Of a stretch of 64,000 nt of DNA, positions 9,370 to 19,117 are shown piece by piece. Location of the stretch: positions 1,216,001 to 1,280,000 of the forward strand of contig CBDCDC010000002.1 in the NCBI GenBank assembly GCA_965215195.1, read 5' to 3'. The notes under the pieces were generated by a model. The model searched no databases. It worked only from the letters and a program-made list of their open reading frames with translations, and was not told where the DNA came from. The DNA comes from Candidatus Latescibacterota bacterium. Lineage in GTDB: Bacteria; Latescibacterota; UBA2968; UBA8231. The translations under genes were made by a program, and so were the position numbers. Within the stretch, counting starts at the first letter, position 1. Every line of letters begins with the position of its first letter.

Positions 9370-12009
9370 ATGTCACCGAGAGCCAAACTCGCGCCGGGAA
9401 GCAAACTCACCCCGGCGATGGAGCAGTACAAGCATTTTAAGCGTCAGCACCCCGACGCGATTCTCTTTTTCCGCATGGGCGACTTCTACGAGATGTTCTT
9501 CGACGACGCCAAAGAAGCCGCCCGGCTTTTGGGTCTCACCTTGACGGCGCGCAACCACGGCAAGGCTTCCGGCGATGTGCCCTTAGCTGGCGTGCCGCAT
9601 CACGCCATGGAAGGCTACCTAGCCAAACTCATCCAACTCGGCCGCAAAGTCGCCATCTGCGAGCAGATCGAAGACCCCAAACAGGCCAAGGGCATCGTCA
9701 AGCGCGACGTGGTGCAGGTCGTCTCCCCGGGCACGGCCCTTTCCGACGCCCTGCTCGACCAGCAGCGCAACAACTTCCTCGTCGGCCTCTGCCCCCGCGC
9801 CGCCAGCGTCGGCCTAGCCAGCGTCGATTTGTCAACCGGCGACTTCGCCCTCGACGAGGTCGCGGCCAACGACCTAGCCGACGAGCTGGAGAGCCTCGCC
9901 CCGGCCGAGCTACTCATCGCCGAAGGCGCGGACGCCAAGTGGGTGCAGACGCTCCAGACCGCCTTGCCGCGGGTGGCCATCAGCCGCGTCGAAGACTGGC
10001 ACTTTGCCGCCGACACCGCGTACGAAACCCTCACCAGCCAGCTCCAAGTCCAGACGCTGAAAGGCTTTGGCTGCGAGGACATGGAGGCCGCCATCCGCGC
10101 CGGCGGGGCCGCGGTCGCCTATTTGCGCGACAATCAGCGCGGCGCAGTTGAGCACATCAACCGCCTCCAGCGCAAGCGCCGCGAGGACTTCGCGCTCATC
10201 GACGCAGCCGCCCAGCGCAACCTAGAGCTTTTGGCCAACCTCCAAGACGGGGGCCGCACCAACACCCTAATCGAAATCCTCGACCGCACCCGCACCCCCA
10301 TGGGCGCCCGCCTGATGCGCCAGTGGATTACTCAACCTCTCAAGAAACCGGCCTCCATTGAGGCCCGCCTAGCGGCGGTTGACGAGTTGCTGCACCAGCC
10401 CGACCACGGCCGCGCCCTAGGCCCGTCCCTAGAGCAGGTCGGCGACCTCGAGCGGCTGATGGCGCGCATCTGCTGCCAGCGGGCCAACGCCCGCGACCTC
10501 GTGGCGCTAGCCCGCTCGCTAGCCGTCGCCCCGGCCATCGGCCAGACCCTCGCCTCGGCCCAGAGCCCGCTCTTGCAGGAGTTGCGCGTCAAGGGGCTGC
10601 CGGACGTCAGCGCATTAGTCGCCGAAATCAGCGGCGCGTTAATCGCCGAGCCGCCGGTCTCCCTGACCGACGGCGGGCTCATCCGCGACGGCCATCACCC
10701 GGACGTCGATCAACTGCGGCGAATCGCCCGCGGCGGCAAGGACTACATCGCCCGCTTGCAGGCCACCGAGCGCGAGCGCACCGGCATTGCCTCGCTCAAA
10801 ATTGGCTACACCCAAGTCTTTGGCTACTACATCGAAATCAGCAAGGCCAACCTCGACAAAACCCCCGCCGAGTACCATCGCAAACAAACCTTGACCAACG
10901 CCGAGCGCTTCATCACGCCCGAGCTAAAGGAATACGAGGAAAAGGTCCTAGGGGCCGAGGAGCGCCTCAAAGAACTGGAGAACGAGCTGTTCTTGGCCCT
11001 GCGCGACCACACCGCCCGCTGGACGCCCCAGGTCCAGCAGATTGCCCGCGCCATCGCGCGCATTGACGCGCTGTATTCCCTCTCCCAAGTCGCCGCGAGC
11101 GAGTCCTACGCCCGGCCCCAAGTTGACGACGGTCAGCTAATCGAAATCCGCGATGGCCGCCACCCGGTCGTCGAGCGCCAGCTCCGCACGGGCCGCTTCG
11201 TGCCCAACGATGTGCGCCTCGACGCCAACGGGGCGCAAATCATGCTCATCACCGGCCCGAACATGGCCGGCAAGAGCACCATCATCCGCCAAGTGGGTCT
11301 CATCGCGCTGATGGCGCAGATGGGCAGCTTCGTCCCCGCGCGCCAAGCCACCATCGGCGTCGTCGATCGCATCTTCACTCGCGTGGGCGCGTCCGACAAC
11401 CTCGCCCGCGGCGAGAGCACCTTTATGGTGGAGATGCACGAGGCGGCCAATATCCTCAACAACGCCACCAGCCGCAGCTTGCTCCTCATAGACGAGCTCG
11501 GCCGCGGCACTAGCACCTTCGATGGCCTGAGCATTGCCTATGCCATCATCGAATACTTGCACCAGCACCGCCAAGCCCACCCGCGCACCCTCTTTGCCAC
11601 GCACTACCACGAGATGACCGAACTCGAAAGCCACCTAGAGCGCGTCGTCAACTTCAACGTGCAGGTGCGCGAAGAAGGCGACCGCGTGGTGTTCCTCCAC
11701 CGCCTAGCCCCGGGGGCTGCCGACCAAAGCTACGGCATCAACGTCGCGCAGATGGCCGGGATGCCGGCCCAAGTAGTAGCCCGCGCCCAAGAAATTCTCG
11801 CCCGCCTCGAAAAGGACCAAATCAACGCCAAGGACATCCACCGCAAGCGCGAGACGCCTCCCCCGCAACAGCTCCCGCTCTTCTCCACCGCACCTGCGGA
11901 GGCACCGTGGGTGGCGGAGTTGCGGGACATGGACCTCAGCCAGATTACGCCGCTGCAAGCGTTGCTCAAGCTGAATGAATGGAAAGAGGAAATGGCGAAT
12001 GGGGAATGA
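9370..12009 (+). CDS. mutS: DNA mismatch repair protein MutS
   Basis: TPAMEQY, FRMGDFYEMF, ITGPNMAGKST, DELGRGTST, FATHYHE, SYGI. Confidence 0.97.
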   Translation: MSPRAKLAPGSKLTPAMEQYKHFKRQHPDAILFFRMGDFYEMFFDDAKEAARLLGLTLTARNHGKASGDVPLAGVPHHAMEGYLAKLIQLGRKVAICEQIEDPKQAKGIVKRDVVQVVSPGTALSDALLDQQRNNFLVGLCPRAASVGLASVDLSTGDFALDEVAANDLADELESLAPAELLIAEGADAKWVQTLQTALPRVAISRVEDWHFAADTAYETLTSQLQVQTLKGFGCEDMEAAIRAGGAAVAYLRDNQRGAVEHINRLQRKRREDFALIDAAAQRNLELLANLQDGGRTNTLIEILDRTRTPMGARLMRQWITQPLKKPASIEARLAAVDELLHQPDHGRALGPSLEQVGDLERLMARICCQRANARDLVALARSLAVAPAIGQTLASAQSPLLQELRVKGLPDVSALVAEISGALIAEPPVSLTDGGLIRDGHHPDVDQLRRIARGGKDYIARLQATERERTGIASLKIGYTQVFGYYIEISKANLDKTPAEYHRKQTLTNAERFITPELKEYEEKVLGAEERLKELENELFLALRDHTARWTPQVQQIARAIARIDALYSLSQVAASESYARPQVDDGQLIEIRDGRHPVVERQLRTGRFVPNDVRLDANGAQIMLITGPNMAGKSTIIRQVGLIALMAQMGSFVPARQATIGVVDRIFTRVGASDNLARGESTFMVEMHEAANILNNATSRSLLLIDELGRGTSTFDGLSIAYAIIEYLHQHRQAHPRTLFATHYHEMTELESHLERVVNFNVQVREEGDRVVFLHRLAPGAADQSYGINVAQMAGMPAQVVARAQEILARLEKDQINAKDIHRKRETPPPQQLPLFSTAPAEAPWVAELRDMDLSQITPLQALLKLNEWKEEMANGE

Positions 12010-12077
12010 GGCTGAATTTGTTGCCGGCCAATCGCTTCTGGCTGAGAGGATCATGGCCAAGGTCAATTGTTCGTGAG

Positions 12078-12229
12078 CTTAGTACACGACACCAGCCCTC
12101 AGCCGGCCAAGGATCGAGGGCATCTTGCCCTCGGCGAGGGCGGGACGCCCTCGATCCCGCACCCAGCGGAAACAGCAGAAAAGGCGTACTCAAAGTAAGG
12201 GTCGCCTACTTTAGGTGGCGTGTACTAAG
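12078..12229. mobile_element. 152-bp MITE copy 1
   Basis: Terminal inverted repeats CTTAGTACACG / CGTGTACTAAG; perfect 9-bp flanking duplication GTTCGTGAG (12069-12077, 12230-12238); inverted near-identical copy at 30903-31054. Confidence 0.85.
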
Positions 12230-12339
12230 GTTCGTGAGTCTCATTAAAGCTCGCCGATGAGACTATCAGAATTAGCCGAATCCCAAACTTACAATCAGCC
12301 GATTTTACCAACGCAGATTGACCTGTGCCCAGTCCCTTC

Positions 12340-13083
12340 ATGCCCGATAAACAGACACCCGACGACCTGATTTGGGGCCGCCACCCGGTGCTCGAAGCCC
12401 TGCGCGCCGAGCACCCCCTGCGCCGCCTGCTCGTCGCCAAGGGCGCACACGGCCCGGTCATCGACGAAATTTTCGCCCGCGCACGGCAGGCCCACATCCC
12501 CTATGACCTGCGCGACAAGGCCCAGCTCGACCGCCTCGCCGGCCCTCGCCACCAAAGCGTCGTCGCCTATGCGGCGGCCGCGTCGTACGCGGACTTCGAC
12601 CACATGCTCGCCCACCTGCCGACCCCGGCCCTGCTTCTCTTTCTCGACCAAGTGCAAGATCCCCACAACCTCGGCGCCATCATCCGCAGCGCCCATGCCC
12701 TCGGTGCCCAAGGCGTAGTCGTGCCGGCCCGCAGCGCGGCCGGCCTCTCCTCGGCCGCGCTCAAAGCCGCGGCCGGCGCGGCCCAGCACCTGCCCGTCTG
12801 CCGGGTTGACAATTTGCAAAAGGCCCTGCAAAAGGCCGCGGCCTGTGGGCTTTTCATCGCCGGACTCGACGCCTGCGGCGAGCAGCCCTTGACGGCCGCG
12901 GACTTGGCCCAGCCCTGCGCCCTAGTCATCGGCAGCGAGGGCAAAGGGCTGCGGCGCATGGTGCAAAAGCGCTGCGACGCGCTCTTGCACATCCCCATGC
13001 CGGGCGAGGCCAGCGGCTCGCTCAACGCCTCGGTGGCCGCCGGCATTGCCCTGTACGAAGTGCTGCGCCAGCGCCAGCCATGA
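12340..13083 (+). CDS. rlmB: 23S rRNA Gm2251 2'-O-methyltransferase (TrmH/SpoU family)
   Basis: IWGRHPVLEAL, LDQVQDPHNLGAIIRSA, GSEGKGL, SLNASVAAGIALYE. Confidence 0.9.
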   Translation: MPDKQTPDDLIWGRHPVLEALRAEHPLRRLLVAKGAHGPVIDEIFARARQAHIPYDLRDKAQLDRLAGPRHQSVVAYAAAASYADFDHMLAHLPTPALLLFLDQVQDPHNLGAIIRSAHALGAQGVVVPARSAAGLSSAALKAAAGAAQHLPVCRVDNLQKALQKAAACGLFIAGLDACGEQPLTAADLAQPCALVIGSEGKGLRRMVQKRCDALLHIPMPGEASGSLNASVAAGIALYEVLRQRQP

Positions 13084-15482
13084 TCGGCCTGCTGGTCCTC
13101 TGCCTCGCCCTCGCCCATCCGCGCAGCAGCGAGGCGTCTGAGACCCAACTACAACAGGCCCGCTCCCTGCTGACCCAAGCCAAGAGCGAGGACAAAGACC
13201 AAGGCTTTGCATACCAAGCCACTTACATGCGCTACTACGAGGTCGGCGACTCGCTCCTGTTGCAAGGGCAGGCCCGCGTCTCGCACAAGGGCGCTCAGTT
13301 AGAGGCCGCCGAGATCGTCTTCCGCCGCGCCCTCGACCAAGTCGAAGCGCGAGCGGCCCTCGATTCGAGCGGGCGGGTCATCGGCCGCCCGGTGTTGCGC
13401 CAAGGCGACCAAACCCTGCGCGGCGAGCGCATCCTCTACGACCTCTCCACCGAGCAAGGAACCATCCTCAAAGGCAAGATCCACCGCGACAAAGGATTTT
13501 ACGCCGGGCGCTTGATCCAGACCCGCAGCAGCACTGAGTTCCACGTCCACCAAGGCTCGTACACCACGTGCGAAGCCGACCACCCGCACTTTGACTTCTA
13601 CAGCCCGCGAATCAAGGTCATAGCCGGCGACATGGCCGTGGCGCGCCCGGTGTATTTCCGCATCAAGGAGCGGCGGCTGTTGTGGATTCCCTTTTACGTA
13701 TTCTCGCTGCGCGCAGACCGCCAGTCCGGAATTTTGACGCCGAGTTTTGGGCAGCGCGGGGCGCGTCAAAGCGAGTGGGAACTGCGCAACTTGGGCTACT
13801 ACCTCGCGCCCAACGACTATTGGGACCTATCCCTTGCGGCCGACCTGCGGCAGCGCTCGGGCTGGCTGGGACGCGCCCGCCTCAACTACGCGGCGCGCTA
13901 CCGATTCAGAGGGCACGTCAGCACCCAGCTCGAAAATCGCCAACAGGGCCGCACGGCCTCGCGCAACTGGCGACTGGAATTCAGGCACAGCCAAGAGCTA
14001 GGGCGCGACGCGAGCCTGCGGACCAACGGCACCTTCCAGAGCAACAACAGCTTTGCCCAAGACAACAGCACCAGCCTGCAAGACCGCCTCAACCGCACCT
14101 TGCGCTCCAACCTCAGCTACACCCGGCGCTGGCGCGGCTCGGGCAACAGCTTGAGCCTAAAAGCGAGCCAGACCAAAAACCTCGACACCGAGACGTTCGC
14201 CACCATCCTGCCCGAGCTCAGCCTGCGCAAGAGCCGCAAGCCGATTTGGGGACGAGCGGGCCAAAGCCGCCAAAATCGCCAAAGCCTTCCCTGGTACAGT
14301 CGCATGTACTACGACGGCAACGCCAGCCTGCGCAACGCTCGGCGCGGCAGCCGCACGGACACCACCAGCCAAACCAGCGCTCAAGTGGGCTGGCGCGTCA
14401 GCGCGCAGTACCGCCCCTTCTCTTGGTTCAATCTCAGCCCGTCGTTCAATCAAGACTGGCGCGACCAAGATCTGCGCGCGCGCACAACCCGCGGCCGGCG
14501 CAGCGACCGCTTCTCGACCCGCGCGGCCCTGAGCCAAACCTTGTACGGCCTCTTCAACCCGTCCATAGGCCCGCTGCAAGCCCTGCGCCACGTGCTCAAA
14601 CCCAGCATCTCACTCAGCTATCAAGCCTCTCGCGCCGACACCGGCGGCGTCTTGGGCTTTGGCGGCGATGGCAGCCCGCTCCAACACCGGCGGACATTGA
14701 ACTTGCGCCTCGACAACACGTTCTGGGCCAAAATTCTGCGCGACGAGGAAGAGCACAAAGTGCGCCTAGTCCAGCTCAATTTCTCGACAGCCTATGACTT
14801 TGAGAGAAAGGAAAACCAGCTAAACGACCTGCAAACGACCCTAAGCGTTGAGGCAGGTCGCTACCTAAATTCGCGGCTGACCTTGCGCCACGAATTCTAC
14901 GACGAGCAAAACCGACTGCACCTGTTGGCACCGCGCCGCCAGCAGCTTGAAGTGCGGACCTCGGCTAGCTGGTCGCGGCAGTCGAGGAAGGTCGCCGACC
15001 GGACCGCCAGTCGCTACGGGCAGAGCAGCTTTGACTCCTCCAGTGGCTACGGACAGAGCAGCTTTGGCACCGCCAGTGGCCGGGAATCCTTCGGCTTTGA
15101 AAGCGGCCTCATGCGCGACATCGACAACCGCCGGCGCGGCAGCCGCTTCCAGCTCAGCCACTACATCTCGCACCGCCGCGCTGCGACTACGACCTCTAGC
15201 TTCATCCGCTCTTGGGTACGAGCCGCAGCCGGCTTTAGCTTGGGGCCGAGCTGGCATTGCAATTATTCGCTCAACTACAATCTGCGTGCCCCGGGGACGC
15301 GGCTTTTGTCCACCGAGCGCATCACTTACGAGCTGTTGTCCCTGCAAAAGGAATTCCACGACTGGACCGCAACCTTCAATGTGCAACCGAGCACCTTCCA
15401 CAAAGACCGGGCGTTCTTTTTGAAAGTGCAGTTGAAGGACATTCCACAGCTCAAACTCGAGCGCGGCCAGCGAAGATTCTAA
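13080..15482 (+). CDS. lptD: LptD-like LPS-assembly outer membrane protein
   Basis: Signal peptide, OstA-like N-terminus (GSYTTCEADHPHFDF; RQSGILTPSFG; NLGYYLAPNDYWD), amphipathic beta-strand C-terminus. Confidence 0.75.
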   Translation: MIGLLVLCLALAHPRSSEASETQLQQARSLLTQAKSEDKDQGFAYQATYMRYYEVGDSLLLQGQARVSHKGAQLEAAEIVFRRALDQVEARAALDSSGRVIGRPVLRQGDQTLRGERILYDLSTEQGTILKGKIHRDKGFYAGRLIQTRSSTEFHVHQGSYTTCEADHPHFDFYSPRIKVIAGDMAVARPVYFRIKERRLLWIPFYVFSLRADRQSGILTPSFGQRGARQSEWELRNLGYYLAPNDYWDLSLAADLRQRSGWLGRARLNYAARYRFRGHVSTQLENRQQGRTASRNWRLEFRHSQELGRDASLRTNGTFQSNNSFAQDNSTSLQDRLNRTLRSNLSYTRRWRGSGNSLSLKASQTKNLDTETFATILPELSLRKSRKPIWGRAGQSRQNRQSLPWYSRMYYDGNASLRNARRGSRTDTTSQTSAQVGWRVSAQYRPFSWFNLSPSFNQDWRDQDLRARTTRGRRSDRFSTRAALSQTLYGLFNPSIGPLQALRHVLKPSISLSYQASRADTGGVLGFGGDGSPLQHRRTLNLRLDNTFWAKILRDEEEHKVRLVQLNFSTAYDFERKENQLNDLQTTLSVEAGRYLNSRLTLRHEFYDEQNRLHLLAPRRQQLEVRTSASWSRQSRKVADRTASRYGQSSFDSSSGYGQSSFGTASGRESFGFESGLMRDIDNRRRGSRFQLSHYISHRRAATTTSSFIRSWVRAAAGFSLGPSWHCNYSLNYNLRAPGTRLLSTERITYELLSLQKEFHDWTATFNVQPSTFHKDRAFFLKVQLKDIPQLKLERGQRRF

Positions 15483-15513
15483 GCTGTTGCAGGGAGTAAG
15501 CCTGCGGGCTGGT

Positions 15514-16986
15514 TCAGCCACCATAACGGTATAACAGTTCGACGGTCTCAGTAGCATTGTGCTTCGTCGCAATGTACAGCGGTGTTAGACCCTCGTCGCT
15601 CTCAGCCTTGACCTCGGCCCCCTGCGTCAGCAACAGTTCGGCCATTGCAGCGGCATCTATCTCGGCCGCATAGTGCAGCGGCGTCAACCCCTTGGCGGTC
15701 TTGGCGTTGATCGCGGCTCCTTGCGTCAGCAACAGTTCGGCCATCGCAGCAGCATCTATCTCGGCCGCATAGTGCAGCGGCGTCGCGCCCTTGTCGGTCT
15801 TGGCGTTGACCTCGGCTCCTTGCGTCAGCAACAGTTCGGCCATCTTGTAAGCATTTTCCCACGCCGCATAGTGCAGCGGCGTCAACCCCTTGTCGGTCTT
15901 GGCGTTGATCGCGGCTCCTTGCGTCAGCAACAACTCGGCTGTTTCGTTGGCCTTGTTCCACGCCGCCCAGTGCAGCGGCATATTGCCGTATTTATCCTTT
16001 TCGTTGACGTTGGCTCCCTGTGTCAACAACAATTGGGCCGTTTCAACCGCATTGCCCCCCGCTGCCCCGTGCAGCGGCGTCGCGCCCTTGTCGGTCTTGG
16101 CGTTGATCGCGGCTCCTTGCGTTAGCAACAATTCGGCTGTCTTGTAAGCATTTTCCCACGCCGCATAGTGCAGCGGCGTCTGGCCTCTGTCAGCCTTGGC
16201 ATTGACCTCGGCTCCCTGTGTTAGTAATAGCTGGGCTGTCTTGTAAACATTTTTCCATGCCGCATAGTGCAGCGGCGTCCGGCCTTTGTCAGTCTTGGCG
16301 TTGGTCTCAGCTCCTTGCGTTAGCAACAATTCGGCTGTTTCGTTGGCCTTGTTCCATGCCGCAGTGTGTAGCGGCATATTGCCGTATTTATCCTTTTCGT
16401 TGACCTGGGCTCCCTGTGTCAACAACAATTGGGCCGTTTCAGCCGCGTTGTTCCCCGCCGCCCGGTGCAGTGGTGTCTCGCCATATTCGTTCTTTTTGTG
16501 AACGTTGGCTCCCTGCGTCAGTAAGACCTTAGCCGTTTCAGCCGCATTGTTCCACGCCGCCCAGTGCAGCGGCGTCTGATCCGATGTGTCCTTGGCGCAG
16601 AGCTCGGCTCCTTGCGTCAGCAGCAGTTGGGCTGTTTCAGCCGCATTATTTCCCGCCGCATAGTGCAGTGGTGTCGCATCCTCGCTGTTTTTGGCGGTGA
16701 CTTCGGCTCCTTGCGTCAGCAGCAGTTGGGCTGCTTCAGCCGCATTATTCCCCGCCGCCCATTGCAGTGGTGTCGCGCCCTTGTTGTTTTTTTCGTTGAC
16801 GTCGGCCCCCCATGTCAGCAAGACCTCGGCCGTTTCAGCCATATTTTTTGCTGCGGCCCAGTGCAGTGGTGTATTGCCGGCCTTGATATTGGCGAACAAA
16901 AAGAGGCCAATGACCAAGAGCACCACTACGCTCAAGATCTTGGCAAATCGCCGGACTTTGATCTTTTTTGGCGGTCCGTTGTTCAT
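15514..16986 (-). CDS. Ankyrin-repeat protein (14 repeats) with N-terminal membrane anchor/signal
   Basis: 14 tandem ~33-aa GxTPLHxAA...LLLTQGAxVNAK units after hydrophobic ILSVVVLLVIGLFLF. Confidence 0.95.
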   Translation of the reverse strand: MNNGPPKKIKVRRFAKILSVVVLLVIGLFLFANIKAGNTPLHWAAAKNMAETAEVLLTWGADVNEKNNKGATPLQWAAGNNAAEAAQLLLTQGAEVTAKNSEDATPLHYAAGNNAAETAQLLLTQGAELCAKDTSDQTPLHWAAWNNAAETAKVLLTQGANVHKKNEYGETPLHRAAGNNAAETAQLLLTQGAQVNEKDKYGNMPLHTAAWNKANETAELLLTQGAETNAKTDKGRTPLHYAAWKNVYKTAQLLLTQGAEVNAKADRGQTPLHYAAWENAYKTAELLLTQGAAINAKTDKGATPLHGAAGGNAVETAQLLLTQGANVNEKDKYGNMPLHWAAWNKANETAELLLTQGAAINAKTDKGLTPLHYAAWENAYKMAELLLTQGAEVNAKTDKGATPLHYAAEIDAAAMAELLLTQGAAINAKTAKGLTPLHYAAEIDAAAMAELLLTQGAEVKAESDEGLTPLYIATKHNATETVELLYRYGG

Positions 16987-17229
16987 TTAGTTTCTCGCAA
17001 TTGGGTGGAGTTGGTTGTCAAGAGAAATTTGGCAGTGGGTTCCTCTGCATTTTTACGCTAAGTCTTGCGACGCCGCGGCCGAGGGCATCAGCGTCAATGT
17101 GGGCTGCGAGCCAGTCGAGAGCGCAGTGCCGATGCCTCTCGGGTACTCCACTACCCGCTTCTAGGAGCAGTTGACAGTAGTGTGGCGGGGGATACATTAA
17201 AAAACTTCTATGACCGATTTCCCAAGCCC

Positions 17230-17673
17230 GTGAAAGTCCTCGTCCAGCGCGTCAGCCGCGCTAGCGTCCACGTCGATGGCCAGGTCCGCGGCCAAATCGG
17301 CCAGGGCCTGCTCCTACTCGTCGGCTTCGGCCCTAACGACGACGACCAAGCTCTGCGCTTCTGCGCGGAAAAGTGCGCTCACCTGCGCATCTTCGCCGAC
17401 GACGACGGCAAGATGAATCGCTCGGTGCTCGACATCGGCGGCGGCGTACTCGCCATTTCCCAGTTCACCTTGTACGGCGACTGCCGCAAGGGCCGCCGCC
17501 CCAGCTTCGTCCAAGCCGCCCCTCCCCCGGTCGCCGAGCGCCTGTACGAGCGCTTTCTCGACCTGCTCGCCGCACAAGGCTTGCCGCCCCAGCGCGGCGT
17601 CTTCGGAGCGTACATGCAGGTCGAAATCCACAACGACGGCCCGGTCACCTTGATGGTGGAGTCTCCAGCGTGA
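17230..17673 (+). CDS. dtd: D-aminoacyl-tRNA deacylase
   Basis: VQRVSRASV, LRIFADDDGKMN, SQFTL, NDGPVT. Confidence 0.95.
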   Translation: MKVLVQRVSRASVHVDGQVRGQIGQGLLLLVGFGPNDDDQALRFCAEKCAHLRIFADDDGKMNRSVLDIGGGVLAISQFTLYGDCRKGRRPSFVQAAPPPVAERLYERFLDLLAAQGLPPQRGVFGAYMQVEIHNDGPVTLMVESPA

Positions 17674-18257
17674 AGCCGCTCATCCTCGGCTCGGCCTCGC
17701 CCCGGCGCGCCGCCCTGTTGCGCCAACTCGCCCTGCCCTTTACAGTCGTCCCCAGTCCGCTGGCCGAGCCGGTGCCCGCAACGTCCATCCCAGCCGATTA
17801 CGCCCTCGAATCGGCCGTGGCCAAAGCCCATGCTGTGGCCAGCTCAGTCGCGGCCGACGCCATCATCATCGCGGCCGACACCATCGTCTGTAGCGACGGC
17901 GCGATACTGGGCAAGCCCGCCGACGCGGCCGACGCGGCCTCCATGCTCGGCCGCCTCTCGGGCAAAGTCCATCAGGTCTATACCGGGCTAGCCATCCAAA
18001 GCGGCGCACAGCTCCTGCGGGAAGCTGTTTGCACCCAAGTAGAGATGCGGCCCTTAACCGCGGCCGACATCGCCGCTTACGTCGCCAGCGGCGAACCCCT
18101 CGACAAAGCCGGTGGCTATGGCATCCAAGGGCTAGGGGCGCGCTTTATTGAACGCATCGAAGGTTGTTATTATAATGTAGTTGGTCTGCCCCTAGCTCGT
18201 CTTTGCGTCCTTTTGAGCACCGTGGGGTGCAACCTAAACGATCGGGCCACAAAATGA
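17670..18257 (+). CDS. maf: Maf-family nucleotide pyrophosphatase
   Basis: ILGSASPRR, AADTIV, ILGKP, EPLDKAGGYGIQG, NVVGLP. Confidence 0.94.
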   Translation: MKPLILGSASPRRAALLRQLALPFTVVPSPLAEPVPATSIPADYALESAVAKAHAVASSVAADAIIIAADTIVCSDGAILGKPADAADAASMLGRLSGKVHQVYTGLAIQSGAQLLREAVCTQVEMRPLTAADIAAYVASGEPLDKAGGYGIQGLGARFIERIEGCYYNVVGLPLARLCVLLSTVGCNLNDRATK

Positions 18258-19117
18258 GCGAAGAAAAACAACAAACCATCGCAGAAGAATTGTCAGCCGC
18301 CCGCCAAGCGCGCAGCCTCAGCCTCGAAGAAGTCCAGCGCCAGACCGGCATTAGTTTGGCCGTCTTAGAGGGCATAGAAGCCGGCCAGTTCGATGTGGTT
18401 GAGCAGGTATTCACCCGCTTAGCCCTGAAAGCGTATGTCGAACACCTCGGTCTCGATTCCGAGCCGGTGCTGACCCGCTTCGACCAACAGCACGGCCAAG
18501 CCCTCGAAACCCGCCACCGCCCTACAGTCTTAATATCGCAGCCCGTTCCGCGTCGCTCGTATAAGCCGCTGATCGTCGGCTTGGTAATAGGGGCCTGCTG
18601 CGTCCTCGCTATGGCGTACTATTTCTTCGGCAATACAGCACCACAGCCCTCGGCCCAATCCACCGCTCCGCCGCAAGCGATGCCCGCCCCGGCCCAATCC
18701 CAGCCGACGACCGCTCCAAGCGACCCGCTCGTCGCCCAGTCATCCACCGAGCCGGGTGCTTCTGGCACCCCCACGTCCGCGACTGCGGTGGCCGCACCAA
18801 CCACCACCCCCGTCGTCCTCGAACTAGAAGCCCGCGACTCTACTTGGGTGCAGATCCGCTGGGATGACGCAGCAGAAAACTTTGAGGGCATCGTTCCACC
18901 CGGCCAGCGCCACCGCTTTGAGGCCCGCGACCACTTCGTCGTGCTCTCGACCCGCCCCCACGGCCTGCGCTATTGGTTGGACGGCCAGCTACTCGGCGAT
19001 GGCCAGCTCGGCGATCCCAGCCAAGTGCTGCACTTCCGCGCCGCGGCTGACGGCATTGAGTTTCTAAAACTGAACTCACAGCCTTCCGCAGAAGAGGCTT
19101 CCGACGCCCAACCATGA
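18254..19117 (+). CDS. RodZ-like HTH/TM/DUF4115 protein
   Basis: N-terminal XRE HTH (ARQARSLSLEEVQRQTGI..LEGIEAG), single TM, Pro/Thr linker, C-terminal ARDSTWVQI domain. Confidence 0.8.
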   Translation: MSEEKQQTIAEELSAARQARSLSLEEVQRQTGISLAVLEGIEAGQFDVVEQVFTRLALKAYVEHLGLDSEPVLTRFDQQHGQALETRHRPTVLISQPVPRRSYKPLIVGLVIGACCVLAMAYYFFGNTAPQPSAQSTAPPQAMPAPAQSQPTTAPSDPLVAQSSTEPGASGTPTSATAVAAPTTTPVVLELEARDSTWVQIRWDDAAENFEGIVPPGQRHRFEARDHFVVLSTRPHGLRYWLDGQLLGDGQLGDPSQVLHFRAAADGIEFLKLNSQPSAEEASDAQP

